DNA of 64,000 nt. Source: Gammaproteobacteria bacterium. Lineage in GTDB: Bacteria > Pseudomonadota > Gammaproteobacteria > Arenicellales > Poriferihabitantaceae. The DNA lies in the NCBI GenBank assembly GCA_024644945.1, contig JAHEGU010000001.1, positions 217,937-281,936 of the forward strand. Reading direction: 5' to 3'. The number at the start of each line of letters is the position of its first letter. Position 1 is the stretch's first letter. Shown piece after piece: positions 30,810 to 40,212 of this stretch. Under the pieces are notes generated by a model that saw only the letters and a list, made by a program, of their open reading frames with translations, did not search any database and was not told the DNA's origin. Position numbers and translations under genes: made by a program.

Positions 30810-32323
30810 TATGCTTGTATGGGTAGAGTGAAAATGAATGTAGATCCTTTGTTAAGTTCGCTTTCGACGTGCAACTCACCACCATGCATTTCTACAAAAG
30901 TACGGGTCAGCGCGAGGCCCAGCCCGGTGCCTTGGTGTTTCATATCTGATGTAGAGCCGACTTGTTGAAACTCATCGAAGACTTTGTCGAGATTCTCTAC
31001 TGCTATCCCAATCCCAGTATCCTGCACCGAGACTTTCAATACATCATCTTCTTTGACCGCTAGCACAGACACCTGTCCTCCATCCGGTGTAAACTTTATA
31101 GCGTTGGATAGAAGATTCAACATGATTTGCTTGAATTTCCGCTCATCCGCGACAAATTGCCCGAGCCTCTCATCTATATGGGATTGAAGCGTGATGGAAT
31201 GGCGTGAGGCCCGCTCCTTGACCAGTACCAGAGAATTTTCTATCGCTACAGGTAATTCGAAAGCACTCAGGTTCAGTTCCATTCGCCCTGCTTCAATTTT
31301 AGCCAGATCCAGAATGTCGTTGATCAAGGAGAGCAGGTGTCGACCGGAGCTGTGAATATCCTCGATATACTCACCCTGCTTTTCATTAAGTTCTCCAAAC
31401 ATACGTTCCTTTAGTACTTCTGAAAAACCAATAACGGCGTTAAGCGGTGTGCGCAATTCGTGAGACATGTTGGCGAGAAACTCCGACTTATGGCGATTGG
31501 CTTCGACTGCTTCATCCCGTAGCCCCTTGAGTTCAACCGCTTGGGTTTCTAATTTCCCCGTTCTTTCAGCCACCCTTTGCTCTAGAGTCAAATTCATCTG
31601 CCGTAGCGCCAGTTCGGAATTGTGCGTTTTCCTAACTACAAATATGGCAATCAATATACTTACTACCGAAGCAATCATCGCCAGTACCGTTATATAAGTC
31701 ACCGACTCACTATATGTTTTGTTAGCAGCTAGCAGAGATTTTTCTGTCTTGTCCTGTTGGTAATCCACCATCAATCGGAACTGGTCCAGTATTCGATTTT
31801 GGCTGGGTAGTGCCTCGTTTCGAAGAATCGTAATCGCCGTTTCAAGGTCATCTGCGACCATTGCATCAAGAACTTTTTCCTGCAGTGGTACGGTGTGCTG
31901 AACCCTTTTGAGCTGTTCTTCCAGTAACCTCGACTCCGTGTCATCCAGAACCATATTGTTGAACTCAAGCCTCGCTTCAGCGAATTTTGCCCCCAAAGCG
32001 TTAAATCGAAGGTATTCCTCATCACGTTCGAATGGGTCTTCGATGTTGATCATGATTAGAAGCACTACCGTACGCTCCCGTGCTGAATTGTACATGGTGT
32101 TAATTAGTCTGGCTTTTACATTATTATCAGTAACGATGACCTTCATGCCTCGGTTAATTTCTGAGATACGTACAATCCCGATGACCGCCACACTAACCAG
32201 TAAAACAATAATGCCAACAAACCCTAGTATCAGCGTGACACGGCTTTCCGCATCTTTAACGCTTTCAGATTTCTTACCGGAAGATGCCCATTGATACGCG
32301 CTTCCTTTGTCCGGGTCAGTCAT
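30809..32323 (-). CDS. membrane sensor histidine kinase
   Basis: Two TM segments flank a sensor region of about 170 aa, followed by a coiled coil, the H-box SHELRTPLNAVIGFSE, and HATPase motifs NLLSNAIKF, DTGIGI and GTGLGLAL. Confidence 0.9.
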   Translation of the reverse strand: MTDPDKGSAYQWASSGKKSESVKDAESRVTLILGFVGIIVLLVSVAVIGIVRISEINRGMKVIVTDNNVKARLINTMYNSARERTVVLLIMINIEDPFERDEEYLRFNALGAKFAEARLEFNNMVLDDTESRLLEEQLKRVQHTVPLQEKVLDAMVADDLETAITILRNEALPSQNRILDQFRLMVDYQQDKTEKSLLAANKTYSESVTYITVLAMIASVVSILIAIFVVRKTHNSELALRQMNLTLEQRVAERTGKLETQAVELKGLRDEAVEANRHKSEFLANMSHELRTPLNAVIGFSEVLKERMFGELNEKQGEYIEDIHSSGRHLLSLINDILDLAKIEAGRMELNLSAFELPVAIENSLVLVKERASRHSITLQSHIDERLGQFVADERKFKQIMLNLLSNAIKFTPDGGQVSVLAVKEDDVLKVSVQDTGIGIAVENLDKVFDEFQQVGSTSDMKHQGTGLGLALTRTFVEMHGGELHVESELNKGSTFIFTLPIQA

Positions 32324-32972
32324 TGTTATAAGTCGCGAAGATTAAATGGCAGCCGATAACAAGACCACGATCTCTCGCATACTCTGGTCAGTGGGCAATT
32401 TGAAAAGAAGTGCCTGAACCAATTTTCAGGCTTATCGATAGCGCCTATACACGCCAGCATTGCGGCATTGGACACTGGTACATCGGGAACATCAATTTGA
32501 TCATTCATGGAATGTTCCGCAGATCTTATTGACAGTTAAAAAGTTTACAGCATAAAGTTATCCGTGTAACGCCGATTTCCCGCCTCCGCTAATATAAGCT
32601 GTAAAAAGCTAATATCTGGGCGATCAAATCAGAATGATTTAGGTGTGCACAGTTGGAAATTGCGCGATGTAGAATTTCAAACCTGGAAAAATAGCGCGAT
32701 TGAAGCTACCTGCTTACTCGAGCAGATAAATCTTTATGAATTTTTGATATTAGGCAATAAAGATCTTGTTTAATGTACTGAAGCTTATCCCACCCGTGCT
32801 TTGATTTCGAATCGAATAATATAAGAATTTGAATGACGGCTTCGAGTAGTGGAAACTACAGATTACTTAAAGAATACTCTTAAAGAAGCCGATATCAAAT
32901 ATTCTAGCGCTCACTCTAGATCGCCGTGTATCATTGTAGGAAATCTGTAGTCTGCGAGTAGACATTTCAGCT

Positions 32973-34487
32973 ATGAACATTCTATTTATTACTGCTGACC
33001 AATGGCGTGGTGAATGTATGTCTTGTGTCGATCACCCTGTGGTCAAGACACCTAACCTGGATGCGTTGGCGTCCGAGGGGGTATTGTTTAGTAATCACTA
33101 CGCACAGGCTGCACCCTGTGCGCCTAGCAGAACCTCCCTGCATACAGGCATGTACATGTTTAACCATCGTTGTGTCAGCAATGGTACGCCAGTATCTGGC
33201 AGACTTTCCAACTGGGCGCTTGAAGTACGGAAGCGGGGCTTTGATCCATCACTGTTTGGATATACTGATACTGCATTGGACCCCACTGATCTGCATCCCG
33301 AAGATTATCGTTTACGACATTACAGCGAGCCGCTTCCCGGGATGGGGCACTACACGCCAATTCGCGACGAAGTTTCAGTCGACTGGGTAAAATACCTGGA
33401 GCAAAAAGGCTATCAAATTCCGCCGCGATGGTGGGATCTTTACGGCAACCCAAAGCCAGGACTGCCCTGGCATCAAGGTGGTGATGCACCACTTCCACTT
33501 GCCATTGAGGCCCATGATCATGAAACGCGTTTTATGGTGGACGAGTGCATAAAGTGGATTTCTGGCCAGTCGAAGCCATGGATTACCCACCTGTCATTAT
33601 TACGACCACATCCACCATTTGTTGCGCCGGCGCCCTACCACACCCTCTATAAACCAGGTCGTTTGCGCGCACCTTCTCGCCATGCGGATCTGGGCCAACA
33701 GGCAGCTCAGCATCCTTTTCTCAGGTATGTTCTTGAAAATACCAGTCACTGCTGGCGGGGGGATGATCGTCAGCTGGAAGAGGCCGCGGCGGGTTATTAC
33801 GGACTGATGACCGAGGTGGATGACAACTTGGGCCGTATGTTCGAGTTCCTTACTAAGGCGGGTGCATGGAATGAGACACTCATCATTTTCACCTCCGATC
33901 ATGGTGAGCAACTTGGCGATCACTGGCTGACCGGCAAGCTGGGATTTTACGACCAGTCCTACCATGTACCGCTGATTATCAGGGACCCCATCGATAACAT
34001 CGACGGCGATGACAGCAGACAAATTGACCGCTTTACCGAAAACGTTGATCTGATGCCAACTATGCTCGACTGGCTTGGCATGAAGGTCCCCTCACAGTGT
34101 GACGGTCGATCTCTGCTGCCATTTCTTCGAGGGCAGTCCTCTGCTAAGGAATGGCGGGCCGAAGTCCATTGGGAATTCGACTTCAGGGATATCATTCAAC
34201 AGCGAGCAGAGAAGAGCTTAGGCATTCCCTCTAACCGTTGTAACCTTGCTGTAGTGCGTGATGAGCAATTCAAGTATGTGCATTTCGCCGCACTTCCGCC
34301 ATTGCTGTTCGATGTTGAGAACGATCCTGGGGAGCTGAATAATCTGGCAGGATCGTCAGAATATAAAGATACTGTGCTCGAGTTCTCTCATAAGCTGCTG
34401 TCTTGGCGAATGGAGCATACTGAACGCGGCTTGACCGACACGCTGTTGACATCTTCCGGACCGGTGGTTAACCAAGCTTCAATGTAG
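32973..34487 (+). CDS. sulfatase-fold (alkaline phosphatase superfamily) hydrolase, phosphonate-monoester-hydrolase-like, no signal peptide
   Basis: ILFITADQWRGE, Cys-type sulfatase signature CAPSRTSLHTG, FTSDHGEQLGDH, CDGRSLLPFL, YVHFAALPPLLFDVENDPGELNNLAG. The resemblance to the rhizobial/Burkholderia PMH enzymes is from memory. Confidence 0.8.
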   Translation: MNILFITADQWRGECMSCVDHPVVKTPNLDALASEGVLFSNHYAQAAPCAPSRTSLHTGMYMFNHRCVSNGTPVSGRLSNWALEVRKRGFDPSLFGYTDTALDPTDLHPEDYRLRHYSEPLPGMGHYTPIRDEVSVDWVKYLEQKGYQIPPRWWDLYGNPKPGLPWHQGGDAPLPLAIEAHDHETRFMVDECIKWISGQSKPWITHLSLLRPHPPFVAPAPYHTLYKPGRLRAPSRHADLGQQAAQHPFLRYVLENTSHCWRGDDRQLEEAAAGYYGLMTEVDDNLGRMFEFLTKAGAWNETLIIFTSDHGEQLGDHWLTGKLGFYDQSYHVPLIIRDPIDNIDGDDSRQIDRFTENVDLMPTMLDWLGMKVPSQCDGRSLLPFLRGQSSAKEWRAEVHWEFDFRDIIQQRAEKSLGIPSNRCNLAVVRDEQFKYVHFAALPPLLFDVENDPGELNNLAGSSEYKDTVLEFSHKLLSWRMEHTERGLTDTLLTSSGPVVNQASM

Positions 34488-34610
34488 CCAGCGAGTTGTC
34501 TGTCGTCAGTTATTGTGTTGTTTCTCTGCACAAGTGTTCACGATTGCGCTCGAGCGTTGCGATGATATAGTGTTTGAAGTTCATCATGATAGGGGAGGAG
34601 GATTTATACA

Positions 34611-34949
34611 ATGACCGAATTAAGTAAACAGCGTTGCGAAGCCTGCCATGCCGATGCGCCCAAGGTTGGCGATGAGGAATTGGCAGAATTGGTTAAGCAG
34701 ATTCCAGATTGGGCTGCGACTACCCGTGATAGCATCCTCATGTTAGAGCGCACATACAGTTTTGAAAACTTCAAACAGGCTATGGCATTTAGCGTTCAGG
34801 TCGGAATGCTTGCCGAATCGGAGGGACATCATCCCGAAATCACTATCGAGTGGGGCAAGGTCAGAGTGGTCTGGTGGAGTCACAAAATAAAAGGTCTGCA
34901 TCGCAACGATTTTATTTGTGCGTCAAAGACTGACAAACTTTACGTTTGA
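34611..34949 (+). CDS. phhB: 4a-hydroxytetrahydrobiopterin (pterin-4-alpha-carbinolamine) dehydratase
   Basis: CEAC...L..W...., [22 protein letters not shown]. 112 aa. Confidence 0.9.
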   Translation: MTELSKQRCEACHADAPKVGDEELAELVKQIPDWAATTRDSILMLERTYSFENFKQAMAFSVQVGMLAESEGHHPEITIEWGKVRVVWWSHKIKGLHRNDFICASKTDKLYV

Positions 34950-34963
34950 TCGACCGCACCAAT

Positions 34964-35167
34964 ATGCATGTGGTGCCTGCTAACGACGTCGTTGCATATC
35001 GTATTGCCGGAGTCACCGCCGGTGATCTCATTTCCTTAGATGGATTTTTGATTCAGACAGAACAAGGAGACGGACGGAAATAGAGGAACTCACTTACTTC
35101 CAGTAACACGGGCGCCAAGTATTGCGAACTGGTCTGGGTCGAAGGATCTAAAGCTCTGAGCCGCTAA
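34964..35167 (+). pseudogene. possible C-terminal gene remnant interrupted by an in-frame TAG
   Basis: Manual translation gives MHVVPANDVVAYRIAGVTAGDLISLDGFLIQTEQGDGRK-TAG(35081-35083)-RNSLTSSNTGAKYCELVWVEGSKALSR. The coding-like composition continues through the stop. TAG is one substitution from TGG (Trp). Confidence 0.25.
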
Positions 35168-36117
35168 GATTTTAACCATGGCAGTTTATTGAGATCGACG
35201 TTACCACCGGTCAGGATCACTCCGACTTTTAATCCTGCGAAAAGATTTCGGTTGTTGATGATAGCAGCCAGGGGGACGGCGCAACTCGGTTCGATAATGA
35301 TCTTCATTCGCTCCCAGGTCAGGAACATTGCGTCGATGATTTCCTGCTCGGTTGCCAGCAGGATGTCTTTGACCTGGCTCGAGACAAAATGCCAGGTAAG
35401 TGGAGCAAGATTGGTTTTTAGCCCGTCAGCTATGGTATCTGGCGCATCGCGTTCAATTATTCTGCCGGCTTGCAAAGATTGCCAGGCGTCGTCGGCGTTC
35501 TTAGGTTCAGCAGCAAAAACCGGGGTACCCGGCATGAGATTGGATGCAGTCAGACAGGTGCCAGCGACCAGCCCACCGCCGCCGATAGGGGCAATCAAAG
35601 CATCCAGATGGTCCGTGTCCTCAATGACTTCGAGCGCGCATGTGGCCTGGCCGGCGATCACTCTGGAATCGTTATAGGGATGCACGAACTCAGCGCCAGA
35701 CTGTTCGATGAGCCTTCTTAGCGTATTTTCACGGGCAGCATTGGATGGTGCGCATTCCACCACTTGCCCGCCGTATCCAATTACTGCTGCTTTCTTCGGT
35801 TCCGGGGCATTATCAGGCATCACGACGGTGGCCTTGATGCCACGTCGGCCAGCGGCGTAACTCAGTGCCTGACCATGGTTACCAGAGGAGTGGGTCGCCA
35901 CTCCGGCCGCGGCCTCCTGATCTGAAAGTCCGAACACCGCGTTTACCGCGCCTCGGGCTTTAAATGCACCTGCCTTCTGAAAATTTTCGCATTTGAAGTA
36001 CAGTTCTGCACCGGTCAATGTGTTGAAAAATGATGAAGTTAAGATCGGCGTGCGATGAATATAAGGCCTGATCCGTTTGTGCGCCGCTTTCACATCATCA
36101 AAATCTGGAATGGACAT
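35164..36117 (-). CDS. PLP-dependent serine/threonine dehydratase family enzyme (fold type II)
   Basis: FKCENFQKAGAFKARGA (PLP-Lys), HSSGNHGQALS, IGGGGL. 317 aa. Confidence 0.9.
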   Translation of the reverse strand: MSIPDFDDVKAAHKRIRPYIHRTPILTSSFFNTLTGAELYFKCENFQKAGAFKARGAVNAVFGLSDQEAAAGVATHSSGNHGQALSYAAGRRGIKATVVMPDNAPEPKKAAVIGYGGQVVECAPSNAARENTLRRLIEQSGAEFVHPYNDSRVIAGQATCALEVIEDTDHLDALIAPIGGGGLVAGTCLTASNLMPGTPVFAAEPKNADDAWQSLQAGRIIERDAPDTIADGLKTNLAPLTWHFVSSQVKDILLATEQEIIDAMFLTWERMKIIIEPSCAVPLAAIINNRNLFAGLKVGVILTGGNVDLNKLPWLKS

Positions 36118-36283
36118 GGCGTTTAATGGAAGGATTCATGATTAACGGGCAGATTAGTTTGAACGCGCGCTAACTGAAGCGCAAGCAAAAAGGCCTGGGG
36201 TAAGTTTCATCGGCATCTTTGTTACAAAGTATTCAATCTGATCCCATTTTAGATTTACTCGCAAGACTTGATCTGACAACTGT

Positions 36284-37477
36284 CTATTCAGAAAGGAATT
36301 TCGGTCGAGTCGCAAATTTGTCGGCGAGCAAGTAGAGCACCAGGCCACTTAGTGCCAGCAGCAGTAAACCGGGTAGCACCAGTTGATATCCTCCAATGTT
36401 CCAAACCAGTGAGCCGAGAAAAGGAGCAGAGGCAGATCCGGTCAGGTACAACATGGCAAGTGCGCCCGATTTGGCGCCAAAATTATCCTGACCAAGGATA
36501 TCGCGTGCGATCACCGGCCGAATGATGCTTACCACACCGTAACCACCACCAAACAAGATTACAAAGCCGACCAGCAATGCCGGCGTGGTGCCTGCACCAA
36601 TTAGCAGCAGGACCGAACATCCCATCACCACAAAGCAGCTGATGGCGATGCCGTTATTGGACACGTGGCGCTCTGCCGCCATCATCGCCAGACGACCGGC
36701 GACCTGCATCGGCCCGATAAACGCGGCGGCAACCACGGCCACGTCCTGATGAATGCCGCGGTCTGCGAGAATGGGGAGGAGATGATGCAAAGCGACGCCG
36801 TGCAGTAATGCCGCGAATGCGAAGCCAGTCGCCAGTAGCCAGAATACGCCGGAAGCCATAAAGGGCTGCCTCAGTATTTCATAGGTCTTTGGCACAATCG
36901 CCCTGTGTATGCCGGTTTTCTCAAGCAGGCTGGCACTGATCCAGAGTAGTGGCGAGGCGGTAAAGATGACCACCACTGCGAACACCCTAACGGCAGTGCG
37001 CCAATCCCATGTTTCAGCTAAGGTGTGTGCCATAGGAAAACTGATGGCGCCCGCAAATCCGGCAATCAGGGTGATGAGAATAATGGCTTGCTTAGCGCGC
37101 GCGCCGCGCGCTCGAGTGACCAAAGCAAAGCAGGGCTCGTAGAGACATCCGGCCAAAGTTATACCGATCAGCCCCCAGGCGAGGTAGAACTGCCACAGTT
37201 CTGTGATCAATGAAACGCCAAACAGACTGATGCCGCCAAGGCATGCACTGCCCGCCATCAGTTGAGGACCCTTTCCTTTGTCAATCAATCTGCCGACAAA
37301 AGGGGAGGTAAACGCAGAGGCAAAAACTGCCAGGGTAATGGCCGCTGTTAAATCCGCCCTAGACCAGCCCAGGGAATGCTCCCACTTCAGAAGTAATGCT
37401 GGAAATACGTAAAAAAGGCCGGCCCACACCAGGATTTGTCCCATTGCCATTAGAATTATGGCCTTATCTTTCTTCAT
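36284..37477 (-). CDS. MFS transporter
   Basis: 397 aa, 12-TM profile, loop motif GRLIDKGKGP. Confidence 0.85.
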   Translation of the reverse strand: MKKDKAIILMAMGQILVWAGLFYVFPALLLKWEHSLGWSRADLTAAITLAVFASAFTSPFVGRLIDKGKGPQLMAGSACLGGISLFGVSLITELWQFYLAWGLIGITLAGCLYEPCFALVTRARGARAKQAIILITLIAGFAGAISFPMAHTLAETWDWRTAVRVFAVVVIFTASPLLWISASLLEKTGIHRAIVPKTYEILRQPFMASGVFWLLATGFAFAALLHGVALHHLLPILADRGIHQDVAVVAAAFIGPMQVAGRLAMMAAERHVSNNGIAISCFVVMGCSVLLLIGAGTTPALLVGFVILFGGGYGVVSIIRPVIARDILGQDNFGAKSGALAMLYLTGSASAPFLGSLVWNIGGYQLVLPGLLLLALSGLVLYLLADKFATRPKFLSE

Positions 37478-37763
37478 GGTCGTTTTAACAACTTGCTCTC
37501 ACAGTCGCGAACCTGAATTGATGAGAATCTTTTTGGTTATTCAAGACGAGTTCCTGATGACTTGTTGTAAATGCGACGGGTGCCCTTGATCCAGATTATA
37601 AGTAAAAGTGGTGCGACCAATTTTTAGTAGAAAATCTGTATAAGAATTAAGCAACTTTCGGCATATTACAGCACCATGGGAAACTGGATTTTGATTCTGC
37701 TTATTGCCCCCTGGGCGCACACTTCCGGTAACCTCTTGAAAAGATAGAAATCGTAAAATTATT

Positions 37764-37819
37764 TTGACGAATACCATATGTTGGGTTTACTATCGGAAAT
37801 TCGCCACTAGATATTGATC
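37764..37819 (+). promoter_or_regulatory. candidate sigma-70 promoter overlapped by two NrdR-box-like sequences upstream of nrdJ
   Basis: TTGACG (37764-37769), 18-nt spacer, TACTAT (37788-37793). ATACCATATGTTGGGT (37771-37786) and CCACTAGATATTGATC (37804-37819) each match roughly 11/16 positions of the NrdR box consensus acaCwAtATaTwgtgt as I remember it, with starts 33 bp apart. Confidence 0.35.
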
Positions 37820-37977
37820 CCGGAATTATGTACAATTTTTTCCGTGGAAATCAGCAAGTTGCAAAAAAGAGGTAAGGAAGCTTCTTAAATAGCGAAATTT
37901 CGCAAATTACACGGAGGTAAAAAATGATAGTTGATCGCTAAAAACATAACTTAAAAACTGAAGAGGATAAAGCAAGT

Positions 37978-40137
37978 ATGAAGATGGCCAATGTTGCCGC
38001 TCAAAATAACTCCAAATCGGCTAATTCAGCCAACAACGGGGGCTCTTTGAAGGATCTGTCTTTGCAATCGGCATCGGTAGATATTTGGGACAAGAAATAT
38101 CGTCTTAAGACAATGGAAGGGGAACCAGTGGATGGTTCAGTAGATGAGACTTTTAAGCGGGTTGCTCGAGCCCTGGCAGAGGCTGAATTAGGGGAAGCCA
38201 AACAAGAGGAGTGGTATCGAAAGTTTGTTTGGGCGCTGCAGAACGGCGCAATTCCTGCTGGCCGTATTACTTCCAATGCCGGGGCGTTAGCGCATAAACC
38301 AGCCACTAGCACTATTAACTGCACCGTGTCTGCGACGGTGCCTGATTCTATGGATGGGGTGCTTCGTGCGGTGCATGAAGCAGGATTGACTCTAAAGGCA
38401 GGATGCGGCATCGGATACGAATTCTCCACGCTGCGCCCCAAGGGCGCATTTGTCAGCGGCGCCGGGGCTTATACCTCGGGGCCGCTGTCTTTTATGGATA
38501 TTTTTGATTCGATGTGTTTTACAGTTTCCTCTGCTGGCGGCCGCCGCGGGGCACAGATGGGAACCTTCGATATCAGCCATCCTGACATACAGGATTTTAT
38601 TCGTGCAAAACGTGAAAACGGACGCCTGAGACAGTTTAACTTGTCGTGTCTGATCACTGACGAGTTCATGCAGGCGGTAAAAGAAGATACGGACTGGCCG
38701 TTATCGTTTCCCGCGACTTCGAATGAAATTGATGATGATCGGTACGAGATAGTTTGGCGCAACTGGGCCATTACTGAAGGCTATACCACCAACGATCGTG
38801 GTGAAGTCGCCTGTCGCGTATACAAGACTATTCCAGCACGAAATCTGTGGAACCAAATTATGAGTTCCACCTATGACTATGCGGAGCCTGGCTTTATCCT
38901 GGTGGACCGCATTAATGAAATGAATAACAACTGGTTCTGCGAAAACATCCGGGCAACCAATCCCTGTGGAGAGCAACCTTTGCCGCCTTATGGTGCCTGT
39001 CTGCTGGGTTCTGTAAACCTCACCCGCTTCGTAGAAAACCCATTTACCGATGAAGCATCTTTCAGCTGGGAAAAGTATAGAGAAGTCGTGTCGGTGTTTT
39101 CCCGTATGTTGGATAACGTGGTGGAAATCAATGGATTGCCGCTACCCCAACAACGTGAGGAAATTTTAGCCAAGCGCCGGCATGGTATGGGCTTTCTCGG
39201 CCTTGGCTCTGCGTTAACCATGATGAAGATCAAATACGGCAGTGAGGAATCGCTCAAGTTTACCGAAGAAGTCGCGCGCCAAATGGCTCTGGTTGGCTGG
39301 GAAACAGGTATTGATTTGGCCGCAGAGAAGGGGTGTGCACCTGTACTAGAGCAGGAATTCGCGATAACTACCGAAATGCTTGCGCATCGTCCAGAAATGG
39401 CAGCAGACGGATTCAAGGTTGGCGATATGGTGCCCGGGGCAGTGCTGATGGGTAAGTACAGTCGCTATATGCAGCAGTTCCCGGAGGAACTGCAAAACCG
39501 TATTGCTCGGAAAGGTTGTCGTTATACTCACCACACCTCGATTGCTCCGACCGGAACCATCAGCCTTTCTCTGGGAAACAATGCGAGTAACGGTATAGAG
39601 CCTTCTTTCGGTCATATGTATAGCCGAAACGTGATTCGAGAAGGCAAGAAATCCAAGGAGAAAGTAGATGTATTTTCCTATGAGCTTTTAGCTTACCGAC
39701 ACCTGGTTAATGCCGATGCCTCGCCATTAGCGGAACAAGAGAACCACAAGCTGCCGGAATACTTTATCACCGCAGACGATATAAAACCGAAGCAACATGT
39801 TGACGTGCAGGCTGCGGCACAGAAATGGATAGACTCTTCTATTTCGAAAACCGCAAACGTGCCCACTGATTTCGCGTTTGAGGACTTTCAAGACATCTAC
39901 CAGTATGCATGGGAAAAAGGTCTCAAGGGTTGTACCACTTTTCGTTTTAATCCAGAGGTGTTTCAGGGCGTATTGGTAAAGGAGCAGGATCTTGAGAACA
40001 CGACGTATCGCTTCACCTTGGAAAATGGTGACGTGATCGAGGTTAAAGGAAATGAAGAGATTGCATATGATGGCGAAACCCATACCGCTGCGAATTTGTA
40101 TGATGCGCTGAAGGAAGGGTACTACGGCCGCTTTTAA
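37978..40137 (+). CDS. nrdJa: class II (adenosylcobalamin-dependent) ribonucleotide reductase, large N-terminal fragment
   Basis: 719 aa. Catalytic-loop motif ATNPCGEQPLPPYGACLLGSVNL, plus GIGYEFSTLRPKGA and GGRRGA. Confidence 0.95.
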   Translation: MKMANVAAQNNSKSANSANNGGSLKDLSLQSASVDIWDKKYRLKTMEGEPVDGSVDETFKRVARALAEAELGEAKQEEWYRKFVWALQNGAIPAGRITSNAGALAHKPATSTINCTVSATVPDSMDGVLRAVHEAGLTLKAGCGIGYEFSTLRPKGAFVSGAGAYTSGPLSFMDIFDSMCFTVSSAGGRRGAQMGTFDISHPDIQDFIRAKRENGRLRQFNLSCLITDEFMQAVKEDTDWPLSFPATSNEIDDDRYEIVWRNWAITEGYTTNDRGEVACRVYKTIPARNLWNQIMSSTYDYAEPGFILVDRINEMNNNWFCENIRATNPCGEQPLPPYGACLLGSVNLTRFVENPFTDEASFSWEKYREVVSVFSRMLDNVVEINGLPLPQQREEILAKRRHGMGFLGLGSALTMMKIKYGSEESLKFTEEVARQMALVGWETGIDLAAEKGCAPVLEQEFAITTEMLAHRPEMAADGFKVGDMVPGAVLMGKYSRYMQQFPEELQNRIARKGCRYTHHTSIAPTGTISLSLGNNASNGIEPSFGHMYSRNVIREGKKSKEKVDVFSYELLAYRHLVNADASPLAEQENHKLPEYFITADDIKPKQHVDVQAAAQKWIDSSISKTANVPTDFAFEDFQDIYQYAWEKGLKGCTTFRFNPEVFQGVLVKEQDLENTTYRFTLENGDVIEVKGNEEIAYDGETHTAANLYDALKEGYYGRF

Positions 40138-40212
40138 TCATTCCGGGCAACCAGGAGCAGCGGTAACGGGCTACAGCCCGGCCGCAAGAACCAATAGAAG
40201 AGAATCCAGAAA

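Noticed and set aside
37478-37977. Cobalamin riboswitch upstream of the B12-dependent nrdJ
   Set aside because: I read the 500-nt leader for a B12-box-like core (GCCACTG-type) and the surrounding conserved helices and did not find them. B12 riboswitches usually control the B12-independent alternatives rather than nrdJ.
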